In this document: in pieces, positions 61,001 through 64,000 of the stretch
Layout: each line of letters starts with the position of its first letter
Position numbering within the stretch: position 1 is the stretch's first letter
Assembly: GCA_964016885.1 (NCBI GenBank)
Contig: OZ024759.1
Location: 248,001 to 312,000 of the forward strand
Length of the DNA stretch: 64,000 bases
Source of the DNA: Eledone cirrhosa
Lineage: Eukaryota
Direction: 5' to 3'
The notes under the pieces: model-generated
Seen by the model: only the letters and a program-made list of their open reading frames with translations
Told to the model about the DNA's origin: nothing
Databases searched by the model: none
Program-made: the position numbers and the translations under genes

Positions 61001-64000
61001 TAACATGACAAAGTCTATATTAGTAGCATGACACAGTCTATATTAGTAACATGACAAAGTCTATATTAGTAACATGACACAGTCTATATTAGTAACATGA
61101 CAAAGTCTATATTAGTAACATGACAAAGTCTATATTAGTAGCATGATACAGTCTATATTAGTAACATGACACAGTCTATATTAGTAACATGACAGTCTAT
61201 ATTAGTAACATGACAAAGTCTATATTAGTAGCATGACAAAATCTATATTAGTAACATGACACAGTCTATATTAGTAACATGACAGTCTATATTAGTAACA
61301 TGACACAGTCTATATTAGTAACATGACAAAGTCTATATTAGTAGCATGACAAAGTCTATATTAGTAGCATGACACAGTCTATATTAGTAACATGACACAG
61401 TCTATATTAGTAACATGACACAGTCTATATTAGTAACATGACAAAGTCTATATTAGTAGCATGACAAAGTCTATATTAGTAACATGACAAAGTCTATATT
61501 AGTAACATGACACAGTCTATATTAGTAATATGACAAAGTCTATATTAGTAACATGACAAAGTCTATATTAGTAACATGACACGGTCTATATTAGTAACAT
61601 TACAAAGTCTATATTAGTAACGTGACACTGTCTATATTAGTCACTTGACAAAGTCTATATTAGTAACATGACACAGTCTATATTAGTAACATGACACAGT
61701 CTATATTAGTAACATGACAAAGTCTATATTAGTAGCATGACAAAGTCTATATTAGTAACATGACAAAGTCTATATTATTAACATGACAAAGTCTATATTA
61801 GTAACATGACACTGTCTATATTAGTAACATGACACTGTCTATATTAGTAACATGACACAGTCTATATTAGTAACATGGCAAAGTCTATATTAGTAACATG
61901 GCAAAGTCTATATTAGTAACATGACTAGGTCTATATTAGTAACATGACACAGTCTATATTAGTAACATGACAAAGTCTATATTAGAAACATGACTAGGTC
62001 TATATTAGTAACATGACACAGTCTATATTAGTAACATGACAAAGTCTATATTAGTAACATGACAGTCTATATTAGTAACGTGACAAAGTCTATATTAGTA
62101 ACATGACAAAGTCTATATTAGTAACATGACAGTCTATATTAGTAACATGACACAGTCTATATTAGTAACATGACACGGTCTATATTAGTAACATGACAAA
62201 GTCTATATTAGTAACATGACACAGTCTATATTATTAACATGACAAAGTCTATATTAGTAACACGACACAGTCTATATTAGTAACATGACAAAGTCTATAT
62301 TAGTAACATGGCAAAGTCTATATTAGTAACATGACAAAGTCTATATGAGTAACATGACAAGGTGTATATTAGTAACATGACAAAGTCTATATTAGTAACA
62401 TGACAAAGTCTATATTAGTAACATGACAAAGTCTATATTAGTAACATGACAGTCTATATTAGTAACATGACAGTCTATATTAGTAGCATGACAAAGTCTA
62501 TATTAGTAACATGACACAGTCTATATTAGTTACATGACAAAGTCTATATTAGTACCATGACAAAGTCTATATTAGTAACATGACAAAGTCTATATTAGTA
62601 ACATGACAAAGTCTATATTAGTAACATGCCAGTCTATATTAGTAACATGACAGTCCATATTAGTAGCATGACAAAGTCTATATTAGTAACATGACAAAGT
62701 CTATATTAGTAACATGACACAGTCTATATTAGTAACATGACACAGTCTATATTAGTAACATGACACAGTCTATATTAGTAACATGACAAAGTCTATATTA
62801 GTAACATGGCAAAGTCTATATTAGTAACATGACAAAGTCTATATGAGTAACATGACAAGGTCTATATTAGTAACATGACACAGTCTATATTAGTAACATG
62901 ACAAAGTCTATATTAGTAACATGACAGTCTATATTAGTAACATGACAAAGTCTATATTAGTAACATGACAAAGTCTATATTAGTAACATGACAGTCTATA
63001 TTAGTAACATGACACAGTCTATATTAGTAACATGACACAGTCTATATTAGTAACATGACATAGACTATATTAGTAACATGACAAAGTCTATATTAGTAAC
63101 ATGACAGTCTATATTAGTAACATGTCAAAGTCTATATTAGTAACATGACACAGTCTATATTTGTAACATGACAAAGTCTCTATTAGTAACATGACAAAGT
63201 CTATATTAGTAACATGACAGTCTATATTAGTAACATGACAAAGTCTATATTAGTAACATGACAGTCTATATTAGTAACATGTCAAAGTCTATATTAGTAA
63301 CATGACACAGTCTATATTTGTAACATGACAAAGTCTCTATTAGTAACATGACAAAGTCTATATTAGTAACATGACAGTCTATATTAGTAACATGACAAAG
63401 TCTCTATTAGTAACATGACAAAGTCTATATTAGTAACATGACAAAGTCTATATTAGTAACATGACAAAGTCTATATTAGTAACATGACAAAGTCTATATT
63501 AGTAACATGACAAAGTCTATATTAGTAGCATGACACAGTCTATATTAGTAACATGACAAAGTCTATATTAGTAACATGACACAGTCTATATTAGTAACAT
63601 GACACAGTCTATATTAGTAACATGACAAAGTCTATATTAGTAACGTGACACTGTCTATATTAGTCACTTGACAAAGTCTATATTAGTAACATGACACAGT
63701 CTATATTAGTAACATGACACAGTCTATATTAGTAACATGACAAAGTCTATATTAGTAGCATGACAAAGTCTATATTAGTAACATGACAAAGTCTATATTA
63801 TTAACATGACAAAGTCTATATTAGTAACATGACACTGTCTATATTAGTAACATGACACTGTCTATATTAGTAACATGACACAGTCTATATTAGTAACATG
63901 GCAAAGTCTATATTAGTAACATGGCAAAGTCTATATTAGTAACATGACAAAGTCTATATTAGAAACATGACTAGGTCTATATTAGTAACATGACACAGTC
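43043..64000. repeat. Second copy of 7152-28109 (offset 35,891 bp), truncated by the window end
   Basis: Same markers as above. The left limit is set by the mismatch 7151 A vs 43042 C, followed by the shared TATTATTAAC monomer (7181/43072). Confidence 0.92.

Larger units (their letters stand above)
1..64000. repeat. Satellite/minisatellite tandem array, 23-bp monomer GTCTATATTAGTAACATGAC(AAA/ACA) with a frequent 21-bp form (linker A); runs off both window ends
   Basis: The 20-bp core GTCTATATTAGTAACATGAC recurs head-to-tail from base 1 to 64000 with 1- or 3-bp linkers. The only departures seen are point variants (e.g. TAGCAT, CTCTATT, ATGGC, TATGAG) and a 1-bp deletion form (TATTGTAAC). No inversion or non-repeat insertion was seen. 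Confidence 0.99.

Noticed and set aside
1-64000. CRISPR array (short, partly palindromic repeat with variable linkers)
   Set aside because: Linkers are only 1-3 bp and drawn from a few recurring types. There are no unique 25-45 bp spacers, leader or cas genes.
1-64000. Repeat-protein CDS such as (VYISNMT)n from the 21-bp monomer
   Set aside because: Each monomer has TAG/TAA in one plus frame, TGA in another, and TAA/TAG in two minus frames. The dominant 23-bp period shifts frame, so every frame closes within a few monomers.
1-64000. Telomerase-made long telomeric repeat (budding yeasts have 20-25 bp units)
   Set aside because: There is no G-rich/C-rich strand asymmetry, and kb-scale inherited variant patterns point to recombinational amplification. 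A subtelomeric location cannot be excluded.
1-64000. Regulatory motif array (TGACA/TGACAG TALE-homeodomain-like, TATA-like CTATATTA, or plasmid iterons)
   Set aside because: Such short motifs arise by chance in an AT-rich monomer, and there is no linked gene or rep ORF. Iteron arrays have a few copies, not thousands.
1-64000. Pure sequencing artefact (rolling-circle concatemer or adapter multimer)
   Set aside because: Variants recur in ordered, linked, nested blocks with copy-specific differences, which random errors on one template would not produce. Only the copy number of the largest duplication remains suspect.

Overview
The whole 64-kb window is one uninterrupted, single-orientation, AT-rich (~26% GC) tandem array of a 21-23 bp monomer, consensus GTCTATATTAGTAACATGAC-[AAA|ACA|A], roughly 2,800 copies (estimated from length/period). 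I saw no unique sequence, gene, RNA gene, transposon or CRISPR spacer. It most resembles eukaryotic satellite/minisatellite DNA; the organism and family cannot be identified from the sequence alone. Rare monomer variants act as barcodes and show nested duplications with offsets of 69, 157, 498, 730, 1119/1276, ~1977-2023, ~2506-2529, 3423, 3640, 3738-3761, 6392 and 35,891 bp. The largest makes 43043-64000 an apparent copy of 7152-28109. There are at least three variant domains, and the monomer is a quasi-palindrome with two dyad axes. Offsets were computed by hand from marker variants; identity between markers was spot-checked, not fully aligned. I found no evidence for a new gene-encoded system; the interest here lies in array architecture and evolution.
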